DNA of 64,000 bases from Eledone cirrhosa (taxonomy: Eukaryota). The position numbers were made by a program, and so were the translations under genes. Position 1 is the first letter of the stretch; every line of letters begins with the position of its first letter. The stretch is taken from assembly GCA_964016885.1 (NCBI GenBank), contig OZ024742.1, forward strand, positions 174,592,001 through 174,656,000. The letters run 5' to 3'. Positions 1 through 13,722 of the stretch are shown one piece after another. The notes below the pieces were generated by a model. It made no database searches. It was given only the letters and a program-made list of their open reading frames with translations, and was not told the origin of the DNA.

Positions 1-110
1 AATCCAGGGTCAATAGTATACCATTTAATTGGCCGTTTACTCGCCCAGCCTAATAAGGAAGGCTGGGCGAGTAAACGGCCAATTAAATGGTATACTATTG
101 ACCCTGGATT
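1..110. repeat. Perfect inverted repeat (51-bp arms, 8-nt loop); may extend beyond the window start
   Basis: 1-51 is the exact reverse complement of 60-110; loop AATAAGGA at 52-59. Confidence 0.95.
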
Positions 111-128
111 TTAAATGTGAAATAACTA

Positions 129-230
129 TAGTCTGTATGATCTTTTTCAGCTCCAAAAGGACATCATCTGAAACACAGCAATATACCACATACCATTGCT
201 TCTGAAGTGTTGCTTCGTTAGTACAGACTG
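129..230 (-). ncRNA. Degenerate hammerhead ribozyme-like motif (probably inactive)
   Basis: Minus strand reads agtctgta-CTAACGA-agc...gct-GAAA-aagatca-tacagact. Stems I and II pair, but the core has CTAACGA instead of CTGANGA and the cleavage-site register is imperfect. Confidence 0.3.
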
Positions 231-920
231 TAAGTAGTATATGGATAAAAGCTGGAGGGTAGATTAATTTAAAATAGTATCAATTTATGTAAAATCAAAG
301 ACTGTAAACTGACTTTATAAAACCCAACACAATATTGTTAAACCTTCAACTTATACTTTTGTGGGACGTCACTCTCTCTCTCTCTGAATATCTAACACTT
401 TAATTGTATCTGTCTCTGTATAATGGCCTATCTCTCTCTTTCTGCCTCTCCCTCTGTGTCTCTCTCTCTCTTTAGATATGTGTGTGTATGTATTTATGTG
501 TGTGTGTGTGTATGTGTGTGTAGTTTTTGTGGGATTCAACTAACCAAAGAACCAACCAATTAACATCTTTCTTTTATATTATATATAGATGACCATAATA
601 ATAATAAGGATTTAGATCGATATCCAGTGATTTCGATCTCATTTACAATTTGCCCACCAACTTCATTTGACACCCATCCATAAGATTAATTGTAATACAG
701 CATTCCCAGCCAGAAGCCTAAGCTACAAATACAGGGAAATTATTGTCTTAATGGATTAACATATCAAAAAGTTAAAGTACTCATAATTTATTCAATTGAA
801 ACAGCCAGTATCCACCTAGTTTAGCACACAAAAATCTGCCGGAGTACAAAAATCCACATCAAATGTAGTACATTACTGTTACAACTTCAAATACAGTACT
901 ATTTCTAGTGATATATATAG

Positions 921-982
<62 letters not shown>

Positions 983-2939
983 GTGTGTGGTGGGTTATAT
1001 TGGATTTTCTAGCTATATATACTGGTAAAGATTATAGAAGCTCAATGCTAATCAGTATCCATTAACATTTTACATATAGTTGTTATATTTCAAGTTGAAA
1101 GAAATACAACCGTAATGCAGTAATTCAAATGCTGAAATCTCCTAAAAATGTCTATCTTCTAACAGAGGGGGGGGGGGGGTGAACACATTTCACAGCTAGA
1201 AAAATAATTAAATCTTCCATTCTCAAATAGATATATAAAAAATATAAGTTCGGCCATAATTCACAATTAAGTATGACATGATATTATGCACAGTGCTTTC
1301 ACTAAGGTTTTTAGATGTCCTTTGGAAACAGAAATAATTACCTCCTTGACACTTCCTTTCTTGATCCAGTGGAACAGCCAAGATGTGATAGCTGTCAGGT
1401 GAGAAGGAGAGACAGCTGCGCCAGCACTGCACTGGTACTTTTTTTATTGACCCTGAAGAGATAAAAAGCATTGAGTTCAGAGCACTGAAAGCCAGAGCAA
1501 ATAGCCAATGCTTTAACAACTCTTCTAAATGAACCAAATAAATAGTTGATGTTATGTATGAAACTGTAACTCGACGTAGAGTCATAAGGGTGCTCTAGTG
1601 TCATATGGTGTTTCTTGGGCATTTTGATTAAACCTGGCAAAGCTCATCCTCTCTTTAGATTTGAATATGACTAATTTCTTCCAGAATAAGGAAAGAGAGT
1701 GATAGAGAGGAAGTGTAAAAGAGATATAGAGGAAGAACAGATCAAAGTACTAGACTGGTACATTTTTCTACCAACCAGAGAAAGATCTACGGCAAAACTG
1801 ACCTCAGCAGGATTTGACCTGAAAGCACAGAAAACCAGAACCAAAACCAATGCTCTAATGACCATGCAAATTTGTTCTCTGTAAATGTAATATATCACAC
1901 CTAATTCACAACTTGGATAAATGGGTTGAAAGTTTAAGCCTGTGAGAGCATTGGTGAATAAAGCAGTCAGAGTTGAGGAATAAACAAAAAACCAATATGC
2001 TTAATAGCTTGTTTCAAAGAGTTAAAAAATTATATTTATTTCATGAATATTTTAAAATGTGTTTCATATCATTCAATGATATTTTGAAATCAAAGATCAA
2101 TATTATAAAGCAAGCCATATATTGAATTACATGAAATTAGGTCACGATTCAAACATACATAAGAGTTATAGGAATTTAAAAAAAAAGTCTTCTTAAAAAT
2201 AGAAAAATTATATATATATTAACAATAAATCACAAACTTTTAACCAATATTCTTCAGTTCAATTTTGTGAACTTTATTACAGACTCTGTTCTAAATAGAG
2301 TTACCTATACATAGATTCATACATACATACATTACATACATATTTATATATATACGGGAGAATCCAATTACAGTGAAAATACCTATACTATGGCTGCCAA
2401 ATTTATCTTCTCAAAAACTTTTTCCCAGTTAGGTCCAAAATACGTATAAATATATCTATATCATCATCATCACTACTTTACATCCGTTTTCTATGCTGGC
2501 ATGGGTTGAGCAGTATATATCATAACTAGGACATAGCACCTTATTTTATGTATGGTGAGAATATGTAATATTTTGTTTCTTGACCAAATTGTATCAAATC
2601 TATGATTATCGATTGTGTGTGTGTGTGTGTGTGTGTGTATAAGACTTTTATTGATTCAATCACTCTATTAACCCTCAGAAAATATTCTAAACCAAATGCA
2701 AAACTGTACTCATGACTCCTGGCAAACAAACCACACTCACTCTCCGAATTCAGCAAATCAAACAAGAACCACACCATTCTCCCAAACTCGGCTGTTGCAA
2801 CCAGACCAATATAGTAACCTAATTAGGAAGACAGACATTTTCGAGCTGCAGCTGTCATATCATGTAGTTTCTGTATGATAAAGCCAAAGCTATTATATCT
2901 GCAGTGACTATGACCCCATTACATAATAGGATGTGATCC

Positions 2940-2974
2940 ACATATATATATGTGTATATATGTATATATGTATG

Positions 2975-3049
<75 letters not shown>
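2940..3049. repeat. (TA)n/(TG)n microsatellite
   Basis: Long TA run. Similar tracts at about 920-990, 3365-3430, 5010-5048, 35738-35810, 58328-58373, 62568-62617 and 63405-63490. Confidence 0.95.
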
Positions 3050-3051
<2 letters not shown>

Positions 3052-3355
3052 AAGGTGGGTAAAATTCCCGAGATCCATGGACGAGTTCTCTCCAGCGGTC
3101 TCTGTCCCTCATTATCGCTGCCATGTCCTGCGTCTCCAACAGACCAGTGTCTGTCCTTAGGGCATCAACATACGTTAACCTTGGTCTTCCTCTTCTAGTG
3201 TGTCCATGTAGGGGCTCCCGAAGGAGCACTGAGTGCAATGTCAACTCTGGATGTCGGTGAGCATGTCCAGCTAACCTCAGTCTCCTCTGTGTCACTTTTG
3301 AGCTGACTTTTGGGATGCTCCCATACAGCTCTGAGTTTTTCATCCTCAGTGTATA
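3050..3355 (-). mobile_element. 5'-truncated RTE-clade LINE 3' fragment
   Basis: Translation ...QRRLRLAGHAHRHPE...RRGRPRLTYVDALRTD...RDRWR matches the RTE ORF C-terminus (RxRxxGH, RGRP, DRxxWR). Flanked by (TA)n on both sides. Confidence 0.85.
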
Positions 3356-3362
3356 CTGATTA

Positions 3363-3422
<60 letters not shown>

Positions 3423-3433
3423 ATATATATTAG

Positions 3434-3915
3434 AATTAGGATATTCACTCCAACATAGCTGTATACATATGTGTATTGAAGTTTGTATATCGAATAATAT
3501 ATGATATATTCACGAATAGACATTTGAAAGCCTTTAAGGTTATGACAGATGTCATTTACCTTGTTCTACCAGAAGCAAGGGGTAGCAACCAACAGTGCTG
3601 TTTCTGGCAGATTGGCTATTGTCAATGTCATGTATCCCTTCCCTTGCCTCTTATTGGAATTCATTTACCTTGTTCCAGCAGAAACAAGGGGAAGCAACCA
3701 ACAGTGTTGTTTGTGGCTGATTGGTCATTGTCAAAGTCACATATCCCCTTTCGTGCCTCTCATTGGAACTCAAATAAGCACAAGACATAGAGTTTTTAGT
3801 TATGTATATGGGAAAATCATGATATATGTTTATTCATAAGCATTCATATATTATTTGATATAAAATCTTCATATAAACGTATGTATACAGCTATGTTTAA
3901 GGGAATATTCTAATT
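3434..3915. mobile_element. MITE-like element: ~90-bp imperfect terminal inverted repeats enclosing a ~108-bp tandem duplication
   Basis: 3434-3523 matches the reverse complement of 3826-3915 (shared aacatagctgtatacata and aataatatatga). Internal direct copies at 3552-3660 and 3661-3770 (tcatttaccttgtt...ggtagcaaccaacagtg...ttggaa). Confidence 0.65.
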
Positions 3916-5004
3916 ATTACTCAGGTTGAGCTAGCCAAAGTTCTGTATACAAATGAGGCTAATCTGTTACTTTACTCTGAGTGTGAGGGAGAGGAAGCGA
4001 TTGTGATGGAGAGATAGAGGGGTAGAGAAACAGATAGAGTCAGAACCAGATAGAGCATTCTATTGGCATAAAATGTTTTTGAATATTTCCTATCACATTT
4101 TGTCATATATTTGTGGTCCATTAATTCAGAATCATATCATGATTGGATTTCTAGCATATGGCAAATGCATAGTTCAACTTCTACAGATAATTCTATCCAG
4201 TTTTTTCCATCTCAAGAGGTTATACCCTTGATTTTATTCAACTCTTTTATAGTTAATATGCATGGTAGGAACATTTAGAAAAAGCAAAACATACTCATAA
4301 ATGATAATTGTTTCTAATTTAATTCAAGCACAAGGCCAGCAATTTTTCAAGGAAATCGAAAATCAATCAAATTGACACCAATACTTGCCAGGTACTAAAT
4401 TTATCGACCTTGGAAAGATTAAAGGAAAATTGATCTTTGAACGATTTGAACGCAGAATGAAACAATTGCTACAAAACATTGTGTCCGATGTCGTAACAAT
4501 TCTTTCAATCCACCACTTTCAATTAAATGATGATGATAACAACAACAACAATGTTAAGAACTAAACTATTGTGTTAAAACAAAGTGTAACATTGGAATTC
4601 TGTCGTATAAGTCAGTTTAGTTTAGTTACAGCCAATGTAGACGTCGTACATGGAAATGAAACAAATCTTTTAATTAAGAACTGGTTGTCGAACATTTCCA
4701 GCGGAACAATTTCTTGCTAAGAAAAACCAGGAAAATGTAATTAAAATGAAATAAAATAAAATAAAAACAAAAAAAAAACACTCAAATGCCATGACAGACC
4801 AGTCACTATCTATTTACACTCATGTTTGGAATCAATACAAACAAATTATTTTCAGACAGCTACAGTTAAGAAGAAATTTCTATGACCTTAAATCAATCAA
4901 GTTCTGCCAAAAATAATAGGAATTTTTATAATTCTTATTTTATTTTATATATATATATATATACTTTCTGTTGGAGCTTTTTTTTTTGTTGTTTGCCTTT
5001 GTAT

Positions 5005-5051
<47 letters not shown>

Positions 5052-5412
5052 TAGGTGTGTGTATCATCACAATTTTACATATATTTTCCCTGCTTGCATG
5101 GGTTAGACAAATTTGTATGTATGTGTTTTTGTATATATATATATATATATATACAATTGTACTTATATAGCAAGAAATGGTATGATATATCAAAGCTTTG
5201 TCTGTTTTATACACCACCACAGATTGATTTGGTCAAATATATCATACTCATGGCAATGATAGTGGTGTTGGTGATAATGGTTGTAATGATCATGATCATG
5301 ATGGTAGTAGTGGTCACAAGGATGGTGATGAGCATGAGTAAGATGATTATTATAATTAAATAAAGAAATCATTATTATTATTATTATTATTATATTATTA
5401 TATTATTATTAT

Positions 5413-8400
5413 AGTTGCATTTATTTTGCTTTATGTTCATACGAGTTATCACCAAGTCACAACCAGTGACCTCAAAAGACAACAAAGTCCGCCATACATA
5501 CACACACATGCATCTTTAGGTGTTTAGACTTGTGATGTACTTATATTGACAGAATCTTCCTTAGTATATGGGCAGTTCCCATTAGTACTATCTTTTGTAT
5601 TTCTCCTATACGCGGGTTTCCTGGGATTTGCGATAAGTAATCATTAAACCCCTTAGGTATCATTCCTAGAGCGCCTACAACCACTGGTATTGTTTTAGTT
5701 CTCAATTTCCACATTTTTCCAATTTCTATCTCCAGGTACTTGCTCAATTTTTCAAATGTTTTTATAGATACATTCTTGTCATTTGGAACGGACATATCAA
5801 TTAGCAGGCATACCCTCTTTTTAAAGTCCTTCAGTATTATATCAGGTCTATTTGCATCTATTTTTCAGTCTGTTTGGATGCTAAAGTTCCACAAGATTGA
5901 GATGTGATCTTTTTCAAGCATGGGAGGTGGTTGATGCTCCCACCAATTCTTTTGATGGGGCAGGTCAAAATCCTTACACATTATCCAATGTATGTATTTT
6001 GCAGCTCTGTCATGCCTGTTTAGGTATTCGGTTGGAGCTATAGGACTGCACATTGAAATTATATGATCAATGGTCTCTGGTTGTTTTTTTACATACATGG
6101 CATAATGGGTTGTATCCATTTTTTATTATGTTGGCTTGGTAATTTTTTGTTGGCAGACACTGATCTTGTGCTGATATAATCAGTCCTTCAGTCTCCGATT
6201 TCAAACCAGAATGATGGGTTAAAATTTTGTAAACATCAGGATTGTTAGCTCTTTCTGGGTATTTTAGCTCTTTCTGGGCTTTCTGGGTTCTCTTGCCATT
6301 TCTTAGCCAGATTCTGTAGTAGGGTTTTCTTTGCAGTTACTTTTACCTGCTTTGCTTTTTCTGTGTTTTCCATTTCAGCAGTAAATGGGACTTCTGAAAT
6401 TTGTAGTCCATTACTGTATTTTTGTGCATCTTTTGTAATGGAGTATGATCTTTTGATGCTTTCATGTTTCAAAACGAGTTTGATCATCCAATCATGTGAT
6501 TCCCTTAGATATCTAGATAATCCAATTGTTGCAGTTTACAACGCAATATCTAACTGGATTAACCCACGACCTCCTTCTTTCCTATTATATCTGTATCTGC
6601 CTTAGGGGGATGTATTCTGTGTATGGTTAAGAATTTTCTAATTTTTGTGAGCCTACGGATCTCTGTGATTGACCAGTTGATGACATTGTAACTGTAGGTT
6701 ACTACTGGTATGGCAAGCGTGTTTATGGCATCGATCCTATTCCTTGCATTCAATTCCGTTCTTAAGATTGCTCTTATTCTGCGGTAACATTCCTGCCTTA
6801 TCCTTTCCCTCATTGTCGAGTGCTTGATTCCGTCTCCTTCACAAACACCTAGATATTTGTAAGTTTCCTCTTGATCAAGTTCTCTTATCACATTCCCCCG
6901 ATCAAGATTAATTGTCTGAAATGTTCAGCAGCTTTCCTCTGGTGAACGTTGATTTGGCGCATTTATCTAGTCCAAACTCCATTTTAATATCATCACTGAA
7001 CTGCTCCACAGTGGATAATAGCCCTTGCAATTGTTCATCATTTTTTTGCAAATAGTTTCAGATCATCCATGTAGAACAAGTGATTAATATTTTTGTCATA
7101 GACTTAATATCCATGTTTTGTTTCATTGAGCATTTTACTTAATGGTATAAGTGCGATGCAGAATAAAAGCGGTGATAAAGAGTCACCCTGAAACATTCCA
7201 CAATTAATATTAACTTCTCCAGCTTCCAGTGATTTTTTTCCACTATTCAAAAGGAGTGTCGTTTTCCATGTCTTCATACTGAATGACAGGAACCTCCTGA
7301 CAATGGGAGATATTTTGAAAATCTCTAAACATTTTTCAATCCAACTGTATCGAATGCTTTTTCATAATCTATCCAAGCAATTGATAGATTTTTGTGTCTA
7401 TTATGACAATCTTCCAGTATCATTTTGTTAACCAACAGCTGATCCTTAAAGCCATATGAACCTCGTTTACACCCTTTCTGCTCATTGGGAAATAGATCAT
7501 TTGTTATCAGGTGGTCATATGTATATTCAGTTAGGACTGATGTTAAAATGTTATACATTGTGGTCAAGCAAGTTATCGGTCTGTAATTTTTGGGATTGTT
7601 TGTCTCATCATTCTTCGGAAGCAGGAATGTAATGCTGTTAACTAGTCATCATGGTATCTTTTCTGGCTCCCTAACTATTTCATTGTAAAGTTGGGCTAAC
7701 AGCTCATGAGACTCTGTGAAGGCATTTATCCAAAAATTTGGTATTTTGTCTTTTGCTAGTTTTTCTAAGAGCCAAACGCAACTGTTCAACTGTTATATGT
7801 TCCCATATTTGTTCCTCAAGCTGAGCTGTATCTTTCATTTGTCTGTCTATCCATGGGGCACTTATATTATGAACTTTTTCTTCAGCCCAGATCTTTTCCC
7901 AGAATTCTTGCACTTCCTTCATGGGTGGTATTGATTTAGCAGTTATTGTCAACATACCAATTTTTCTGTAGAAGTTTCTTTGGTTGTGTTTGAACATATT
8001 ATTGTCCTTATAGAATCTAGATCGTTTTCAAAGCACCTTATACGAGCAGCTTTGGCCGACACTTTTTGCTTGATTATTTCTATCAGCATGTCTATGTCAC
8101 TTGTTGATTTTATATTGTATTTCTTTTTCAATTTCCTAAGTTTAGTTTGTTTAACATGTTCACCTACTTTGTAGTTTGTTAAACTTTCTATGTCAGATCA
8201 GAGAAGGTTTATTTGGCGATTGATGTTCTCTTGCCAAGTAGATTTCTTGTGGGAATTCGTTTGTTTTGTCATTTTCACTCCACATAAGTGAGTGGTGACT
8301 TTAGCCGATGAATAATAGAGATGATTTAAATCAGTAATGTTTAGTTTGTTTGTGATGATAATGTTTTTGAGAATTATGTTAGTCTTGTGTATTATCTTTT

Positions 8401-8694
8401 GGTTCTATTTGGAGTTCTGGATCTTAGGGAGAGTGACTCGTTCCCCATGTCAGATTATTTCATTTTCATCCATTCGATCATAATTTCATTCTTCAAGTTG
8501 GCGAATTCATTCTCATTCATTTCTTTATCCTTTACGATCTCATTGTTTTCATTTTGAGTTTCATCATGAACATGCACTCCCTCCACTTTTTCGATCCTTT
8601 CTTTAATTTGTTCTGTTGTCAGTGATTCCACCCCAACCCAGGGATTCGAAGTGTTACAATTTATCTCGTTTTACACATGTTTCATTTTCCCTTC

Positions 8695-8695
<1 letters not shown>
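5413..8695 (-). mobile_element. R4/Dong-type non-LTR retrotransposon (RT + CCHC + restriction-like endonuclease), disrupted, between (TAA)n tracts
   Basis: Minus-strand motifs: EQKGCKRGSYGFKDQL, AWIDYEKAFD, GMFQGDSLSPLLFCIAL (~7150-7200), HLFYMDDLKL (~7055-7083), YKYLGV, ETIDHIISMC (CCHC), NRPDIILKD...LLIDMSVP (RLE), TIPVVVGALG. (ATT)n runs at 5371-5412 and 8696-8750. Confidence 0.9.
5541..8600 (-). pseudogene. Frameshifted RT/RLE polyprotein of the R4/Dong element
   Basis: ORF fragments 7949-8131, 7704-7997, 7325-7567, 6559-6891, 6245-6487, 5865-6119 and 5541-5795 are collinear pieces of one ORF broken by stops and frameshifts. Confidence 0.85.
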
Positions 8696-8727
<32 letters not shown>

Positions 8728-8959
8728 CCTCATCAATGTTATTATTATTATCATCAGAAAAGGGAGGAAGAGAAAGATGTTTTACATCTAGTTTGCCATG
8801 TAAGCATAGTACAGATGTGTACTACAATAGAGGCCCAATTATTCAATTTCTTATAATTATGCATCACTTCTTGAAAAATCTCAATCTTTCCTTGTCTCTT
8901 CTAATTAATCTGTCCATTCGTTTTCAGGCAAGGATACAATTCTGATAAAAATTTCAACT

Positions 8960-9690
8960 ACAAACATTAACTCTTAACATCATGTATTGCATGAGATCAC
9001 ATCAGCAAAACATTCTTGAGAAATGCAAAAGAACATTATGACTGTATCACATTTACTTTAATATTGCAATTTTTTCTAATATGTCCAATAATAAAGATAT
9101 TATAAACATTTGAATTAACAAACCACATGAAACCATATTAAGACATTTTTGGGAAGCACAAAATAGCACTATAACTGCATCAACAGTAAAAATTATAGCT
9201 ATTACTTTAATATTTCAAAATTTTCTAATATGCCCAATAATAAAGATGCTACAAATATTTGAATTAACAAACCATGTGAAACATATTAAGACATTTTTGA
9301 GATGCACAAAACAGCACTATAACTGCATCATGTAAAAGATTATAGCCTATACTTTAATACTGCAAATATTTCCAATATGTCCAATAATAAAGATACTTTA
9401 AAGATTTGAATTAATAAACCAGATGAAATCATATTAAGACAGTCTTGAGAAGTTCAAAAGAACGCACTGATTGCATTCCCGTAGAATGTAATGACATTAC
9501 TTTAATCTATCAAGGAGTAAATATCCTATAAACATTTGAAATAACAAACTACATAAAACGAAATTTGCAAGATGTTCTTGCAAAGTACAAAACAGCACAA
9601 TGACTGTATTATTTAAAAAATTAAAATCTTAGTTTATTGCAAATTTTCATGATGAACTCCTTTGATACTATAACATTAGAATGAACAAAT
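8960..9690. repeat. Diverged tandem repeat, ~148-bp unit, about 4.5-5 copies
   Basis: The motif actttaata...tctaatatgtccaataataaagat...atttgaattaacaaacca...atattaagacatttttg...cacaaaacagcactataactgcatc recurs at about 9053, 9202, 9350 and 9497. Confidence 0.85.
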
Positions 9691-10554
9691 CTGATTTTAT
9701 ATAACAGCTAAATCATTAAGTTGGAATGATTTTTCTCACCTCACATGTGAAGACCTGTGGCCAAATGGTTGAAATGTTGAAATCATGATCATAAGATCAT
9801 GAGTTCAATTCCTGGTTCATCTGTTGTATTTCTTGTTTGTTTTTTTTCATGATAGAAACAATTTTTCATTAAAGAAACAATTCCAATTAAAAACAGCTCA
9901 ACCCTCATATGTGTGAGCTGTAACCATTATTTTCATTACATTTGTTATCATGTAACATCAAATTAAATTATATATCCATATGTAAGTTTCAATACAAATT
10001 CACTAGTGTTGCTGCCATGATAAAACGTGCCCACTTCACCCAGGAAAGTGGTAGTGCTAAAGCCACAATAATATTCACCCACTACATTCTATAAAGTGGT
10101 AGTGTTAGTGCCATGATAAAATGCACCCAGTACACTCTGAAAATTGTTTATTGTTTGGGCCACAGCAAAATGGACGCTGTATACTCTGTACATTGGTTAA
10201 TGTTAGGAAGAGCATGCAATTGTAGAAACTCAACAAAAATGTAATGTATGAACAAACAGTTCGCTGATCTGTCGGATGTCAGGCTGTGATGACCCAGACA
10301 ACCCATAGCATCATGAAGAGGAAGATTGATGATGATAATGATGATGGTGAATCATACATCAATTATGTCATAGTTGACTTCTGTAGGATAGAATACAGGA
10401 CATGAGAAACTTTATTGACCGTTTCCTGACCATATTCCTAATAAAATATCTCAATTATCTCATGAAATATTTCAAAGGATTTACTAAAATTATTAATCAA
10501 TTCATTACTAAGGTAGTAATTCAACACATGGTCCTTATATAAAGAAATATATAT

Positions 10555-10870
10555 ATATCATCATCATCACCCTTTTACGTACATTCTTCCCCACTAGCAT
10601 GGGTTAGATGGGTTGTCCTGTTGTGAGCAATGCCAGGTCAGGTGACCATGTCTTGCTCATGATTTCCACAGCCGGATGCCCTTCCTAACACCAACCTCAT
10701 TTACATTGAGTACTGGGTGCTTTTTTATGGTGGCATCTACATGACCACTTTGCAGTGGGAGCGGGGGTATATTGTCTATATGCTTCAGCTTTGGCTTGTA
10801 CCTGTAGGAAGTTGGGACTTCTATATTACTGCATAACACCAGTGGTCTCGGTCCTGTGTCATCGCCTATA
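10555..10870 (-). mobile_element. Truncated copy of the RTE 3' UTR (same family as 56190-56557 and 45195-45558)
   Basis: Reverse complement contains tacaagccaaagctgaagcatatagacaat, aagcacccagtac, gtgttaggaagggcatcc, aacccatgctag and a (GAT)n tail. Confidence 0.85.
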
Positions 10871-10982
10871 CACATATATACTTATATATATATGAGTGTG
10901 TGTGTATGCTGAAAGATGTTGATTTATATATCAGCCCACTATTTCAAATAATTAATGAGGAATTTTGCAGGATTTACTGACG

Positions 10983-11163
10983 TGAATTGGCAGTATCGGT
11001 AGAGGGTCAGACACCAAGCTTTCCAGCATAGTTACGTCCCTTTACAGTCTGAGTTTATATCCCGCCGAGGTTACCTTTGCCTTTCATCCTTATGGGGTCG
11101 ATAAAATAAAGTACCAGTAATGTACTGGGTGATTGCTGGCCAAAAGTAGAAACAATTATTATT
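10983..11163 (+). mobile_element. tRNA-derived Meta-domain SINE (family A)
   Basis: A-box-like tggcagtatcggtagag, a decayed B-box, Meta-like core gcctttcatccttatggggtcgataaaataaagtaccag, tail agaaacaattatt. Confidence 0.85.
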
Positions 11164-11563
11164 TGGTTATTAAGATAGCAGTAACTTAACATATGGTTCT
11201 CATAAAAAATTAAAGGGTTCTTTTTTAAATCAAAATCTTCTATTTCAATCAACTAATGAAAAATGTTGATGGATTTATTAATCATTTCATCACTAAGATA
11301 GGAAATTAACATATGTTTTTTTTTTTATAAAACTATGTGGGAAGATTTGAATTTAAATAGGAACTCTTTACAATGGATTTTTTTTCCATAGAACCAGAGT
11401 TGGTTTTGTCTATGTTGGTATCAAAATGGTTAAATACAGAAAGGTAATTTAATTACCACTCTACTGATATCGGCATTGTCAACTATTAAATGGTAATTGA
11501 GAGTAGGTATGTATGTGGGTATAATATATACATACATATATCTATAGATAGAGAGATAGATGG

Positions 11564-11595
<32 letters not shown>

Positions 11596-12951
11596 GTATA
11601 TATGTATACGTACATACATACACACACACTCCTCCATATACACATATGATGGTAGGTATAATATATACATTTATGTCAGTTGGAGCCTAGAGATGGTCAA
11701 ATATTTTTCTTATTATCTATAGAGTTACATTAGAGTCAGAAGCATGAAGCTGTCATTAATAATTTGTGTATCATTTAATTATAATGCTAGTTTCTTTATT
11801 CCCTTGTCATGCATAACATAAGTTTACATAAATTTGATTACTCAAATACATGCTACACACTAATTTAGAGATGAAATCTTTATCATTGTTGGTAGTTATT
11901 TACATGTGTATGTCTATTGGTACATACCTGTGTATTGTTTGTGACACATGATAAAGTTGCAGGGTTTTATTCTTTGACTAGGTGGCACATTTCTTTTTCC
12001 AGCAAGACACTTCATTTCAGATTGCTTTTCATGATGAAACTCAGGTTCCTATTATTAAAAACATTCGGAAAATGTATGAAATACAACACACACAAGAGTC
12101 CATGGGTTAGATATGTGAATATGTGTGTATCATAAAGTCATGAGTTCAATTTCTAGATTGGGTGGTGTGTGTGTTTGTGAGAAAGACACTTCATTTCACA
12201 CAGGTTTTCACAGTCAGTGATACCTGCTGCATTAGTCATTTCAGCATACGTTATTCATATCAAAGATTTGTTTTCTGCACTTAAGAAGAACTCACTTAGT
12301 TTAGTTTGAGTTTCTCTTTCCAGAATATTTGTAACAACGACTTCTATGAGTAATTTTTGACCCTTAACTCATGAAATTTAAACAAGGGCTTTTAAACCTT
12401 TCCAGGGAGTTCTACTAACTCTGACTAAAAATATCTATTTCACATTCCTCTAGCTTCACAAAAACATTCAAAAATCTCATATAGGCTATAGTGTATATAT
12501 TCGAATATAAGCCGGGGAATATTAGACCAAAAAAGATGATGGTAAAATGGGGGAGTGTCAGCTTATATTCAAGGTAAATATTTTTACGATTTTTCACCAA
12601 ATTCAAATTCTACGTAAATAAGGTGCTAAGTATCTGGAGTCATTATTTACCATGCATACATAAACACGTGTGCCAACAGTTTTTTTTCTCTGTGTCTTAA
12701 GTAATTCTTTCAATCTCATTTTGTTTTATTTTGCTTGCTCTCAACTTAGGAGGTGAAATCTCACTTTTACATTGCTTTTGATGCGGTTTGAATGAACATG
12801 GCTTTCTGAATGGTCAGAAATTATTAATTTAACTGATTCATGCTAGCACAGGAAGTGTGTAATTGTAAAAATCTATCTAAAACTTTAATACTTCTACGAT
12901 GTTAAATTTTTTCCAAGTTTTTTACGATACTCATTTCATTCAATGTGTATA

Positions 12952-13167
12952 TTAACTCTTTAGCATTTGCATTTCTCTATATTTACTATTATAATTTCAT
13001 GGTAAAGGCTTTACCTCACATAATATCAAATCTATGAGATTTTGATATTATTTATTTTGAGAACAATACCTTAACATCAATATGAGTGGTTGGTTACAGC
13101 TGGTTTTAACAGAAAGAGGCAAGAGAATTCTGGCCCAAAACGGTCAGTTTAAATGCTAAAGTGTTAA
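12952..13167. mobile_element. piggyBac-like MITE (TTAA ends)
   Basis: TTAA-CTCTTTAGCATTTG ... TAAATGCTAAAGTG-TTAA imperfect TIRs with TTAA duplication. Confidence 0.7.
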
Positions 13168-13722
13168 ATAAAAATCTGTTCCATTGAGATGGCAGTTAAT
13201 GTCTGCTTAAAAATGTTGGCTTAAACATGTCTGCTTAAAAAAAAAAGCAAAATAATTCCAGCATTTGAGTAGCTGAATGTAAACAATAATTCAAGGAACA
13301 TGAAATTTTATAAAACAAGCTGTTTTCTAAATCTGTATCTTTTCAATTACTACTTTAGCAGCTATAAATTTTCTGGGTGGACTTGTCTTATTCTACATCA
13401 ATTCTGGTACTCATGGCTCACTGGTTTCTCTTGCTATCATCATCTATATTTCATTGAAACCCCAAATCTCCACTGTACCCACAACCACATACCAGAATAT
13501 CCGCCCACTGGAATTCTGACATCCATTGTCTCACAAATAGGGTCGCTAACCTATTTCTAATAATATTTCTAATGGGAGACACAACCTATGATTTTAAAAA
13601 CATTTTGAAAATAATAAAAAAAATTCAATACATTTAGTAATATAATTTTCTCGTTATATTTGGAAGATAATGGTTCTTACAAAAGTTTATAATGGAAGGT
13701 GTTTTAGATATATATAATCATT

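Noticed and set aside
2933-3198. ORFs rich in YIYI/CVCV/HTHT (also about 4882-5363, 11430-11690, 28946-29209, 35054-35839, 50140-50553, 62469-63615)
   Set aside because: They are translations of (TA)n, (TG)n and (CAT)n microsatellites, not proteins.
10983-11070. tRNA gene-like A/B boxes here and at other SINE heads
   Set aside because: No cloverleaf; they continue into shared SINE bodies and tails.
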